Positions 13,100-24,419 of a stretch of DNA of 44,403 nt are shown here, piece by piece. Under the pieces are notes generated by a model. The model was given only the letters and a program-made list of their open reading frames with translations. It was not told where the DNA came from and searched no databases. Each line of letters begins with the position of its first letter. Within the stretch, counting starts at the first letter, position 1. The stretch comes from Paraspadella gotoi (taxonomy: Eukaryota; Animalia; Chaetognatha), in contig CM119268.1 of assembly GCA_051294375.1 (NCBI GenBank), forward strand, positions 1-44,403, read 5' to 3'. Position numbers and translations under genes: made by a program.

Positions 13100-16000
13100 G
13101 AGTAGACTTTTTTAAACGAGCGCGAGAGAGAGTCAATCGACTCCGAATACGATCAGCTGAATGAATCAATATACTAGCGGAAATTTGGTTATATCGTTAC
13201 GTCTGCATCTATTGCGGACTTTAAATAATTCAAAATGCGAGCTCTTTTATTCGAAATATGATAATCTTGTGAACGGGGCCTTACGGTTTTGAGATTTGAT
13301 TTCTATCTCTTTGATCAACCATTTTCGCGCACAGGAACGAAATACCATCTTGAAAACGTGACTGGTGACGCTCAAACCAAAGAAAGACGTATAAATATCA
13401 AGAACGTCGAGATGAGATTCAACCAGGTTTATATTACTGCCTACGCCTATATCAGACCTTTATCTGATTGTACGCATGCCACGCTAGGTAAAAGTATCAC
13501 GCAGGTTAATCTTAGCTACCGGGAACTTAGCAATGACACGCACGTCAGCGCGTTCCTCACGCCAAATTCTCGTACCATACGCGTTCGTTGTTCCGCACTC
13601 TATCCGTTGATAACAATACTGGCGTGCGCTCTGACCTACCGTACTTACGTCAAGTTCGTAGACCTCAGAGCTTTTCGAAACTGGTTCGACAAAAAATCTT
13701 CGTCGCTTTATAAGGATACGAAATACGCGTAATAACGGTTGCGGTCCATGCACTAGGTGCTCCTGTCTACGGTAGAGCCGCATTCCTTTTCCCTGTCGGC
13801 TGGCGAAGCCGGTGGCGCCCGAGACGAGACGCGTAAATGACTCGTGCGCGCGCTGGAAGCCTGTCCGGTATCCCCGTTCTGGAGTACCCTCCTAAAATCC
13901 AAGCTTGAGGTCCTGTTACTCTAAATGCCCTACCCTAATCCATTCTCCTCCCTGAATGCAGATGCCATTCCCCTCTGGTGACAAACTCGCCCCTTCCCGT
14001 ACAGACGTATGGTCCGTTACTCACAGGCATTCTTGATCCAGAGGCTCCCGACTTCCAAGGATAAGTTAGAACTCTGGATTTGGATGGGAGCTTGGCACTG
14101 GTCATTGGCCAGTTGTTGGAACAATACAACGGATACGCAATTATTCTGAAAGCGACTTCGGGAACCTACACCTCCATTTTTTCGAAGCAAGGTCTGAGCG
14201 ACCCTTAGTCTCCTCTCTTGTCGATGAGTCAGAAACAGTGTAAATTTTGTTCTCAGCTCACCATCATCTCTGCGAGTCATCCGACTCCAACATAATCAGG
14301 CCCAATTATTTTGCTTACCTGGTTAGTGCTTGCACTTTATGTGAAAGTCTCCCAAACCTTGAGGCTAATGCCTTACCCATACGCCGTCTCTTTAATGACG
14401 ACCGGTTAGCCGGACGGGCGGACATTAGACAACCAGATATATGAAACAGAGCCAAAAGGATGTTCCTGGAATAGAAAATAAGTGCGTTTTAAGCCCAGTA
14501 AATAATTAGTTCGCAAAGCACATACTGCAGCGCTCATGCCGTTTGGATGGGAGACCGGACTGTTCTTCCGAGAGCTTCCTCCCTTAAGATAGGAGGCGAA
14601 ATCGGACGGCTGCTTCGGATGAGGCCGACTTCATCCTCGTATATGGCCCGGACTGAGAGTACAGGTCCTGTGAAGGACCCTCCTCGAGCTAAAGGTATTG
14701 GTCCTGTAGACATAATCTCCTGTGGCCACCATTCGGTTCTAAGTATGCCTTCGACTTAAGGTCGATCTTGTCAAATAGGAAGATTTCAGACATCCCGAAC
14801 TGTCCAAGTCGCCCGAGTGGCACAAGTATTTTATTAAAAACTCCAGAGCAACGCACACAGAACGAGATCCGAACGCAACATTATATTCTTTGAGCCTCTT
14901 CGATCACATGCTTTTATTGAACTCAAACGAAGCACGACACATACCTTCCCTTCACTATATTGTGGTAACCCCAGAGTTCCCCTCGTGTCCACGTTTTGAG
15001 TAAGCCTCTAACTATAGAGGGGTTGAAGTAGCGTCCCGCAATTTGGCCACAAACTAATGGAAATAATTCGAATTTAAGTAAGACCGTTACCTATATAAAA
15101 TTCCATAAAACACAGCCACGACGGAGCGTTCGCATCCTAGACGCGCATGGTTACACCCGGCTGAGAGTTTTCGGAGTATGCGGCTCCGTCTGGGCCAACC
15201 TAATTTCGGACCAGACTGCAGTTATTCATTGAGAGGTAATCACCGTGTTTGAAGTGCTTTACTTTCCTTTCGTTTTATTCTTTACACAGTGAACCAGAAG
15301 CCAACTAATTCTCAAATTTTATTTTTTGTGCAAGAGTACTCTTCCAGACATCACTTTAAGACGACTTGCGCGCACTATCCACTTGGCCCTTACCAAATAA
15401 CCCGGTGAAATGTCTGTTCCTATAACGCAAATGTCGAGAGAGGTGGTTCTTTCCAATCCCAGCCCCACGTGTTCCGTCCGCGGCGATCCACGTCGATCCC
15501 GAGGAACCATACTGGAAAATCGGTCCCTGTGCCGACGGTCCACAATGCCGCATCGGGCAGACGCGTTGCAACAATAGGCGTTGAAGATGAAACTATTCCG
15601 TAACTGCCAACTATTCGGATGCGCTCAGCGGTATACAGCTGCATCCCGGCTTCCTTAGTAAGCCTACAAAGGACTCCCGTCCCCTTGAAAGGCCCGCAAG
15701 GGAGAACCGGTCCACAAATTACGACGTGGGCCGTTCTGGACCTCAAAAATGCTCAATGGTAGGCTGAATCCCCTATAGATTCGACCATTTTGGAATTCAT
15801 GGTACACGTCGGTCATACATCATCTTACAGTCCATTCTTTCCAATACAACCAAAACTCGGCATCTGCCACTACAAATAAATGAGTCAAACCGAATCACCC
15901 CAGCTGAGAGAAGCTCCACTGCGTATGTCAAGGAGAGGATAAACTGTCAGACATAATCTCTGTCTTTTCGGTAATCAAATGGCAACTTGTGGAGCAAGAG

Positions 16001-19000
16001 AGGGCTATTGCGTTCCGGAGCGGCGCTCGTAAATTGTGAAGCGGCCCCAGGGTGCACCGAGACCCGCCCAATGTTCCCTTCCATACAGGAACGCACGATT
16101 TCGACAAGAGACGCTTCCAACATCTGCGTTCGTATCAGCAATGAAAATACCGTCATCGGCTAAGCGGGGCTGGAAAGCGTAAAATGTGCTCTTGTCCTCC
16201 AAATAAAGGTGCGTGTACCGAAACCGGAGACGGCTTTGTCCTTCCCGCAGCCTTATGCTCTGCTGTGAGGGCGGCCCAGCCGGAAACCTGGATACACTCC
16301 GTCGGTGGGCGGTCGCCCGATCGGGTTTGACCCGGGGCGTAGCTGTCCCAAGAATTCCTGATCTCGTCGTGTTCTGTCGATGCACGCTTGGCGCCGCAAT
16401 CTCTGCAATGTCCTCAGTCCAGAACCGAGCGCGTAGCATGTCGTCGGATCCCGAAAGCCTCCAAATTAGTCCGCGGAGAGAGAGGTAGAGTGAGAGCTTC
16501 GATATGTAACAGTGTCTCTCGATCTAAAACAAACCTGCGCCCGAGCTGGGGCTCCACCATTTTGAGATTTTTCCCTGCTGTCCATAAAATTGCCAGGGAG
16601 ACAACATCATCAATGAGTCCAAATAGGACTGGCCCCCAGTAACGGTCGCCGCCGCCGAACTCTCACCTTCCACATAAAATGGCTCATATCGCATACAAGG
16701 CTTGGAGATCCGATACAACCATCATTGCCTGGCAATACTGTTTTATCTCCGCCAGCCCACCACAAGGTTTGGCGAGAGACGCACCCAGTCGACCGGAAAC
16801 AACTGAGCTCCTCGTTAACAGAAGTTTTCATTCGTGGCGACCACAGATACCCACATTTGAATTAAACAGGAACCGGTTTTCCAGTGGGAGCGAATCAAAC
16901 GTACAGTAACAGCGGAGAACTGATTGACTCGATTCCATAGAGTCCGGCCGACGACCGACGACTCAATTGGCAACAATCTATTTGATACATAGCCGTAGGT
17001 CCGGGGCAGCGAAAGATAGTCCTCCTGCTTGATTAGACCAGAAACGGATCATCCCTGCACTCGGGTAATAGAGCTTTGTTCAATTCTTGTACTTGTCACC
17101 TTGCTGTTATTGATTGTTGCATTATCTGCAACATACAGACAGTCCTCTGGCTCAATGCCTAATTTATCAATGTTTACTATGTTCTCGTTATAGAAGGACG
17201 TGGTCTTAAACCAATGCACAATTCCCGAGCTCCGCCGGTCACCGGTGCGATTGGCGCTCGGCGAAGTTTTTGCACAGAAATAATCTTGGTAAAAAATGGC
17301 GGTCGGCGCCGTGGCAGGCGGCGAATCCGTCTGATCGCGTAATCCGTTTGATGAATCTTGTTAGTTAATCTCCAGAGCCCCCTGATGTGCAATAAATTCC
17401 CCGGTTGCCTCAACTCGTAAACCAAAAAATACCAAACTAGCCTTTCTTCCCGCTGCCGTTGAGCTTAAGAGTGACAAGACATGCTCGCCCTCGTGGGGCG
17501 CGGTGTAGATAAATACGCACAATAACAACGGAGCTAGTATAACTGAAGGCACCAACAAGCCCTAGATATACCGCGCCCACCTCCAACCAACTTTGCCGCC
17601 ATCCGAGCATATTGTAAGTGAATGGGCGGCTCGTCCGCTTACAGCACATCGTGGAAATTAAAAGTATAGTGCCGCAAATGAGTTCGTGTTACAAGTGGTG
17701 TGAATCTGCTCAAAATAAGCTAAAACATTCAAAAGAAAAAGTAAAGATTTATGCGATTACGCTCGCCTCTGCCAAAGCGACTGACCAAGATGGTCTTCCG
17801 TCGCGTTGAACAATCGCCGTCTATTTCTTTAAAACCACAAAAGTCTTTCAGGTATGCGAGAGATGTTTGTCAATAACCGTAATGGTCCAGGGAATATTTA
17901 AATTCTAACCGGAGCCTAAATAGGTAAGGTACCGTCAGGCTTTGCTGCCGGAGAAGTACATAGCACAAAGGCCCGTTGCAGCACTGACCTAACCGTGTAG
18001 TCCCACCGCTGCCACCAATTTGTAGCATCCCATTGCAGCAAGGGAGTACCAACGCTGTACTGGACCTCGAAAAGTTGCCGTTCCAGGTACTCCGACGCGG
18101 GTTAAAACACTTTTGGGCGTAGTAACGGGCCTGTACTTCCCCCCACTGTCCGGCTCCGTTGAGCCTCCGAGTATCTCTCGGCAAGTATCCTGTCGCTTTA
18201 GTCTCTCGAAATTGGTAAATCGCTTGTTCCAAACTTTCTCCAAGCTGCCTCTCGTGTTAACGAATTTAAATGCCTACGTGAACGTATAGAAACCTAGAGT
18301 GTGAGACGCAACGGTGTCGTGCGGACGAAAGTCCGTACGAAAATGACTCGGCCGAACAGACAGCTACGCTGGAGAAATGCTGCTAACGAGATTCCGATAG
18401 ACTTAGTAGAAATCCGATTTCGTCCTAATTTTTTATTCCCTGAAACGACACGAATACGATGCTCTTAAAAAAACACTTCACAAATAGTGAAATTACTGAA
18501 GGTCACAAGAAGAAATAAAAGTGAGTGGAGACTACAAGACCTCAATATTATTATAAAGGGCCTGCTTGGTTGCGTATTGAATACGCGCTTGAAAGCGCGG
18601 TCCTCCATTTTTGGGGCGCTTCCCATGGATGAATTTTCAAAGCAATACTCCTTTTTAATGGCCCTGGTGACGCCGCAATGCCACGAATCTGGGAAGAGCG
18701 ACCTTGGAGGCGGCGTCTCTGCTGGCAGGCGCTTAGGAGCTTCCGAATGAGCCAAATGGCGTGGACACGGCTTCTGGATTCTTCCGAGTATCCTATGAGC
18801 GTCTCATCACGATTGCAGGACGACAGACGAGAATAGCCGCGATCCAAGTCTCCAGGCAACATCTCCTTCACTGGTAGTCCCAGAGGTCTCTCTAGATTCA
18901 CCATGAAAACTTCGCACCTTGGTTATCGATTGTGTGAGTTAAGCAATACTCCGTCCATAGGCGCGGACCGGCGAGAGTTTGAGACGTGCGGCATAGGCTA

Positions 19001-20468
19001 CCATAAGCATAGGAGGTTTCATTATCTTCTTCTCACCAAAGGCTTTCCCAGCTCATGTAGAGGCTGCTTTCTATATCAAGTGAAGGTTTCCAAAACCTGT
19101 CGAGAGAGAGAAGGTCGCGCACCTCGTGTACGTGGCGTCCATAAAGTAAGGGCACACTAGCAGGCAATTCCTAGCAATGTTGAATGAAGTTGGTAAAAGC
19201 ACATGGTAGGAGCGCGGAAAACTCCTTTTAGTAAGCGTACAAGGCAATTCCCCCGCCAAACCTACGGGCATCTCAGCTCGTCATCAAAAACCTGCCTCCT
19301 CGGTCAAAGCCGAAAGCAGAAAGCTCTCCAGAATGCTCCATCTCGGTACATTGAAAAGTTGGTTCGGAGCGGCGGCTACGATTGTGAAAGCGGCCCAGCG
19401 ACTTCCCGCAAGGGGGAAGCGTGCGCGGGGGGGAGCGGGAGTTGGGAGCGAGGTGGGGGTCGTCATCAATCGTCGCTGCGGCGGCGGCTGCTGCCAGTCG
19501 CTTGGGTGATAACGAACGGAAGTGGTCGTAGTCGTAGCCGGCCGTATCGCGTGGCGTCGTGGTGGCGGTCGAATCTCGTCGTGGACGCGTCGGCCTCGTG
19601 TACATGCCGGTTCGATCGATGCCGAAAGCAAAACGCGGCAAGAGGAGGTGAGGAGGCTTAACGGCTCACATGGCGGAGCTGGGGACAGTTGGACGCGGAA
19701 ATGGCGGCGGCGGCGGCAGAAGATTCGCCAAGGGGGGGCCGGCGCTGCAAAGGAACGACGCGAGACGTACGACTGAACTTAGACCGGTGCTCAGCTCGGG
19801 AAGGCGAGAAAGGTGACCGTCGGAACCGAACTAAATGAGCGGAGCGGGAGTCCTCCTCTTTAAGACAAAAGTACCTTCTGCACGGCTGCGACTATAGCAA
19901 ACCTGTTGTTGTTGCATCTGCCATCATCTGGCTCATTCATTTTGTCTACCAGAGAAGAGTCATCATGTCCGCGTGGCGGACGGCAAATTGAAAATCGGAA
20001 AGGCGGTGGCGGGGCGGCGAAATCCGTCGACTGAACGGAGTTCCGCCGCCTGTTGTTCGGTCCGGTTACATGTCGACGATGACTCGGCAGGTGCCGAAAA
20101 ACAAATAACGGCGATGACGAAAGGCGATTTGCCTGCAAGAGTGAGGCGCTAACAGAACACTTAGGTAGAGTCGGGCTACGTACACTCAGCGGCTCACCAA
20201 ACCCCCAAATAAAGTTTCGCTCTGTCGTCGAGCGTATTGAAATCAGGCCGTACTTTACTTCACACCAATGCTTTACGGAGAGAGAGATGTTCAAGGGGGG
20301 GGGCAGAGCCTAGAGTCAGGCCTTCGGCAAGCAATCCGTCTGCAGACAACAGTTATCCCACCAGCTGCCACCATTTGTAGCATCAATTGCAGCAAGGGAC
20401 ACGGTCGCCCTAAAGTTGCTTTACGGGTTTTCTTTGGGTTAGGCTGAAACCCTCCACTGGCTCGCTAA
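13100..20468 (-). mobile_element. Same gypsy element, right (inverted) arm
   Basis: LTR ~20376-20468; PBS 20355-20373; WHCGV knuckle remnant ~18640-18690; RT YLDDVV-like ~16609-16630; RNase H-like ~16000-16150; integrase-like remnants ~15030-15480. Order RT-RH-IN is gypsy-type. Confidence 0.75.
17935..18160 (-). repeat. Additional internal LTR+PBS copy
   Basis: Direct repeat of ~20315-20465. Contains tcccaccgctgccacca (18001-18017), a perfect 17-nt match to the tRNA-Leu 3' end, beside tgtagca. Confidence 0.8.
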
Positions 20469-20852
20469 TAAAACGCATTCTATTCTCAATCTTGCTCGAC
20501 CTTCTTACTTCTCAATTTAAATCCAGTGAATAAATAATAAGAAGAGTTTTGGTTCCCAAAAAATTAAGGAATGGCAAGAAAAATAGTTTTTATTTCATTT
20601 ATAAGATGGTTAAAAATAAAACATCTATCACAAATTATATGAGGCAAAAATAATTGGAGACCTATAAAATAAAATTATTATAATAATAGGAACAAGTGGG
20701 GAAAAAAAGGTAGAAAAAATGGGGNNNNNNNNNNNNNNNNNNNNNNNNNTAATCATCTTATCCGATCGGTATATCCTTTCGTTTTCGTTGTTGTTTATTA
20801 GAGATTTACAAAGAATTTTTGAATTGTTACAAATGATTTTATTATTAAGAAA

Positions 20853-20898
20853 TGCAGAACATGTTCGACTCTGAGATTTCGAGTCGTTCATCAGCGCT
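20853..20898 (-). ncRNA. Hammerhead-like motif (family A), imperfect
   Basis: Minus strand reads gcgCTGATGAacGACTCgaaatctcaGAGTC-GAAcatgtt. One A of GAAA is missing; stem II is shared with 21482-21523. Confidence 0.6.
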
Positions 20899-21481
20899 TA
20901 TTCACAGTGTGAATAATGGTATAATTTGTGAGTTAAAGAAAGAGAGAGAGAGAGAGAGAGAGACAGAAAGGTTAAAGTTCCAACAAGAACTGAGACAGAT
21001 TAGTGGTTCAGTGTAAGAGGACATATTTAGTTTAGGCTAGATTGAATAAGTGGTTGAAAAAAGTGAAAATTTGGTGAAAGATGAGAGAGAGAGAGAAATT
21101 AAACAATTACACTTTGAGCAATGTACAACAAATATAAAATTAAGAAACTCTTGTTCTAAATCCTTTCTCAATGAATAACCGCCGACTCAACATACCTAAT
21201 CCTTTCTGCTCTTCATCTTGAATTATAACAATCTTAAAGTAAAACCTAATTTTAATTTCTTAACCTCATCCTAGCCCTTGTTCCATAAAGCCTAAGCTTC
21301 ATCTCTCGGTTATCTACTTGCCTATATCATCAAATTTTAAAAGTTGTTTCACACTCTCAATACTTCTCCCAAGTCTTACAACACTTCACATCTTGAGTCA
21401 ATATCTCATCGATCTAGTGCTAAAATTTAATCAAGATTAAGCAAAGTTTCGAAATAGTTTCCTTCACGATTTTTATTTTTG

Positions 21482-21523
21482 TACGGACAAGTTTCGACTC
21501 TTTTTCGAGTCTTCATCAGCGTA
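21482..21523 (-). ncRNA. Minimal type I hammerhead ribozyme (family A), intact core
   Basis: Minus strand: TACG-CTGATGA-A-GACTC-gaaaaa-GAGTC-GAAA-CTT-GTC^CGTA. Stem I TACG/CGTA, 5-bp stem II, GUC cleavage triplet. Confidence 0.85.
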
Positions 21524-21550
21524 ATAAAATATTTTACTAAATTGTGCAAA

Positions 21551-21588
<38 letters not shown>

Positions 21589-21934
21589 GCAAAATTTCCA
21601 CACAGAGATAAGTGGTTTAAAGAATTGCAGTACAGTTTAAGTGAGGACAGATCAGTTGTAAGATGAATATTGGTCAATTCGTGTGAAAGAGAGAGAGACA
21701 GAGAGAAGAATAGAGAAGGATGAGAGAGAGAGAAAGAGAAAGAGAGACAAAATAAATACATTGTGCAATGTACAACCAGGAATAAGTTTAACTAAAGTGA
21801 ATTTAACAATTAATCTAATAATAAATAGATTAGTAATTGAAGAGAAAGAAAGTTTTTTAAATTGTGAAATGATACATTTTTTGTAGGCGATTAGATAAGT
21901 GACTGTTTAAAGTGAAAAATTAAGAAATGACTAA

Positions 21935-23055
21935 TGAGCAGGCCCCCTATGGTTTATGCAAATGAAAGCCCAACGATGTTAGCCGGGTCATTGACGCGTC
22001 ATTGGTTGAGATGACCATCTTATTGAGTTCGTTGTCATTTGCATTAGGCAGACTTCCTTCGCGGAAAAGACCAGAGTGCAACTCGAATGTGTCTCTGGCC
22101 TGATACGCCGCCGACTGCCCCCCTTCTCGTCTGCTGGCGAGGCGGGCGGTTTCCGTTCTTGCCAACTTTTGCGCAGGAGTGACGGACTCCTCTCCCTCCT
22201 CATGTAGCCGTCGTTTTGGGCGCGCTCATTCCGCAGAGAGAGGACTGAGTTGCTACAATCAAGGGAGAGGCATCGTCTGCCCATTGCCTGCGCAAGGGTC
22301 TCGCCTGTCTCGTGAGTGGAGACAGGGGAATCATTGTGCGGTAGTGGTGGTGGCGGGCCTCCACCACGCTTTTTGATAAGCGAATCATAGCTTGGAGGGA
22401 GGTCAAATCATCCTCCATCACGGTTCAAAGAAGGTTCGAGGGCTTTGATGTAAATTGCCTCTTAATACCTCTTGTGAACCAGTTCGGGTCATGGGACAGC
22501 ACGAGACAGTCTGACTCTCTAAATGCATGGTCAGTGTTCGTGTGTGCTCAGCGATTGCGGACAGAAGTGTCCACGGGCATCACGGTAGGCTTCGTGTGCT
22601 GTGGAAACGGTCTGTGTGAGACTTGCCTGTCTCGCCCACGTATGCTGCTGTGCAGAGTTGGTTGCCCGCCCCTGCACAGGCCGCCCAGCTAGACGGCTCC
22701 TGATGTTTTCGGTCTGGGGATTTTATCTTTCGGTTTCACAATTGCTCACGTCGGGAGCCGTGGGCCGTCACTGAGGTGGAGATCCCTGCTTTGCTAGCAC
22801 CCGCACCAATGACTCAGTGATCCCCTGGTGGTAGGGAGGGACAGGTGGCCACGTTCCTTGGTCGCTTCTGCTTATCTTCCTGGTGCGCTGTGGTGGGCGC
22901 CGTCGGCTCTTCAGCAGCAAGCTCCCTTCCTGCCTCCTGGGGGGTGGAGGTAGGGTCTGCGTTAGCGGGCTACTTGGGCAGCCCCTTGTCGCCACTGCCC
23001 TCAGCCAGGCGCGGCCGATACCTGGCCTTCTCGAAGACCCACAATGGGTAGCCAT
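21935..23055 (-). mobile_element. 5'-truncated Penelope-like element (RT thumb end plus GIY-YIG endonuclease), frameshifted
   Basis: Across frames: GYPLWVFEKAR (~23050), LPYHQGITESLVRVLAKQG, KPKDKIP, YVGETGKS (~22645-22620), AIAEH, HDPNWFTRGIK-EAIYIKALEPSLNRDGG (~22495-22412). Confidence 0.9.
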
Positions 23056-24020
23056 GATACAATTCAAGATTAAAATTTTCTGAGGAAATAAAAATTTTTT
23101 TGATAAGTAAAAAAAATATTGGAAGTAAAAAATATCAGTCGTTAACTGAGTATTTTCAACTATATATTTTGTTAATAGGATTATAATTTTTTGACCGTTA
23201 TTATTATCGCGACGAGTTTTCATTTCATACAATAAATATCAATCTCATTCATTTTCAATAATATGCAAATAGATAAGATTTTCAACCTCATTTTGAACTA
23301 GATAAACAAAAGACTTCAGTTTTATTTCAATTGAAAAAAAAAAGTTAATTGATGCTTAATCACACTCTAACAAAACAATTTATTTCTATCACGTTCTAAA
23401 TATTTGTTTTGCGGTCTCTCTCTGTCTCTCTCGCTCTCTGTCTCTCTCTGTCTGTGTCTCATTCTCTCTGTCTCTCTCTGTCTCTCTCTGTCTCTCTCTA
23501 TCTCTTTCTGTACGATCTCTTGCTCGTGATCGTTCGTTTTTTTGAAAAATTCTGATTATTTTTTTGGTTAGCATCAATATTTGGTTATCATTGAAGGTAG
23601 GCTCGATCCTATTCATCTGGGAAGATTCAAATATAAAACTAAGAAAATAATAAATTAAAATAGTGAAGAAACGGAAAATGTTTTATTAGAGACATGATTT
23701 TAGGCGACATTCAAGATTGTTAAATACAAAAGCCTCTCGCTTTTTATGAAATTGGTACAACCAATATATATTAGAAAAATGACCGTATGACCTTAAAATT
23801 TGAACGATATATCGTTGGTAAAGAGAGAGAGAATATATAATATCTGACCACTTCATCGGTGTGGTGTCATCTACAATAGTTATAGTTTTTACTAAAAAAA
23901 TGGTATTGTACAAAGACATGCCTCGTAAAAACTATGCAACCCGTCTCGTGGCTTCGCTGTTCAAAACAAATATTTTTTTTCTCTTTCTGAAAAAAATTTC
24001 GTCAATCGACCTGTAATAAA

Positions 24021-24419
24021 ATGAATTCTGATTTGGGAGTGATTTCGCTCATTGTTTTCTCCGTAGCTCTAGCGATTTCTCCTCTTTATGATCGAATTCG
24101 TCAACTAGAAAATAATCTCCATCGATCGAGAAATCTCGCATCCTCGCCTATTTATTCTCCAGCTCAGATCGACGATGTTTCATCGCCCTCTAACGAAAAA
24201 TCAAAAATCTCCGAGGAGAAGAAAGGTTGTCTTCGCGATGCCGCTTATTACATCAATGTCGCCGTCTTCTTCGCCAACATCTTCATTGTCTCGTCTCCAT
24301 CACCGTCTGGAGCACCGTCTCTTGCATCAACTCCAGCACCGACTCCATCGTCATTTATTCAATATTTACGTCATTCAAGATTTAGTTCAACCTACGGCCG
24401 ACAAATCAAACGAGCATAG
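24021..24419 (+). CDS. Possible orphan ORF (132 aa, two hydrophobic segments, S/P-rich)
   Basis: ATG-initiated ORF coinciding with a GC-elevated island in AT-rich DNA. No recognisable family. Confidence 0.25.
   Translation: MNSDLGVISLIVFSVALAISPLYDRIRQLENNLHRSRNLASSPIYSPAQIDDVSSPSNEKSKISEEKKGCLRDAAYYINVAVFFANIFIVSSPSPSGAPSLASTPAPTPSSFIQYLRHSRFSSTYGRQIKRA

Larger units (their letters stand above)
7277..20700. other. ~13.4-kb imperfect palindrome, probable long-read fold-back artefact
   Basis: Reverse-complement anchors: 7285/20660, 7540/20370, 9000/18675, 11570-11605/14865-14900, 12060-12115/14275-14330, 12730/13285, 12880/13170. Adapter-like sequence at the centre; 25-N gap at 20725. Confidence 0.9.

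Noticed and set aside
18001-18017. tRNA-Leu gene
   Set aside because: Only the 3' 17 nt including CCA match, next to an LTR end, so it is a PBS; there is no cloverleaf.
7277-20700. Giant TIR element (Polinton/foldback) or real head-to-head retrotransposon pair
   Set aside because: The inversion runs to the centre with no internal genes, includes host flank, is indel-dominated and has an adapter-like centre.
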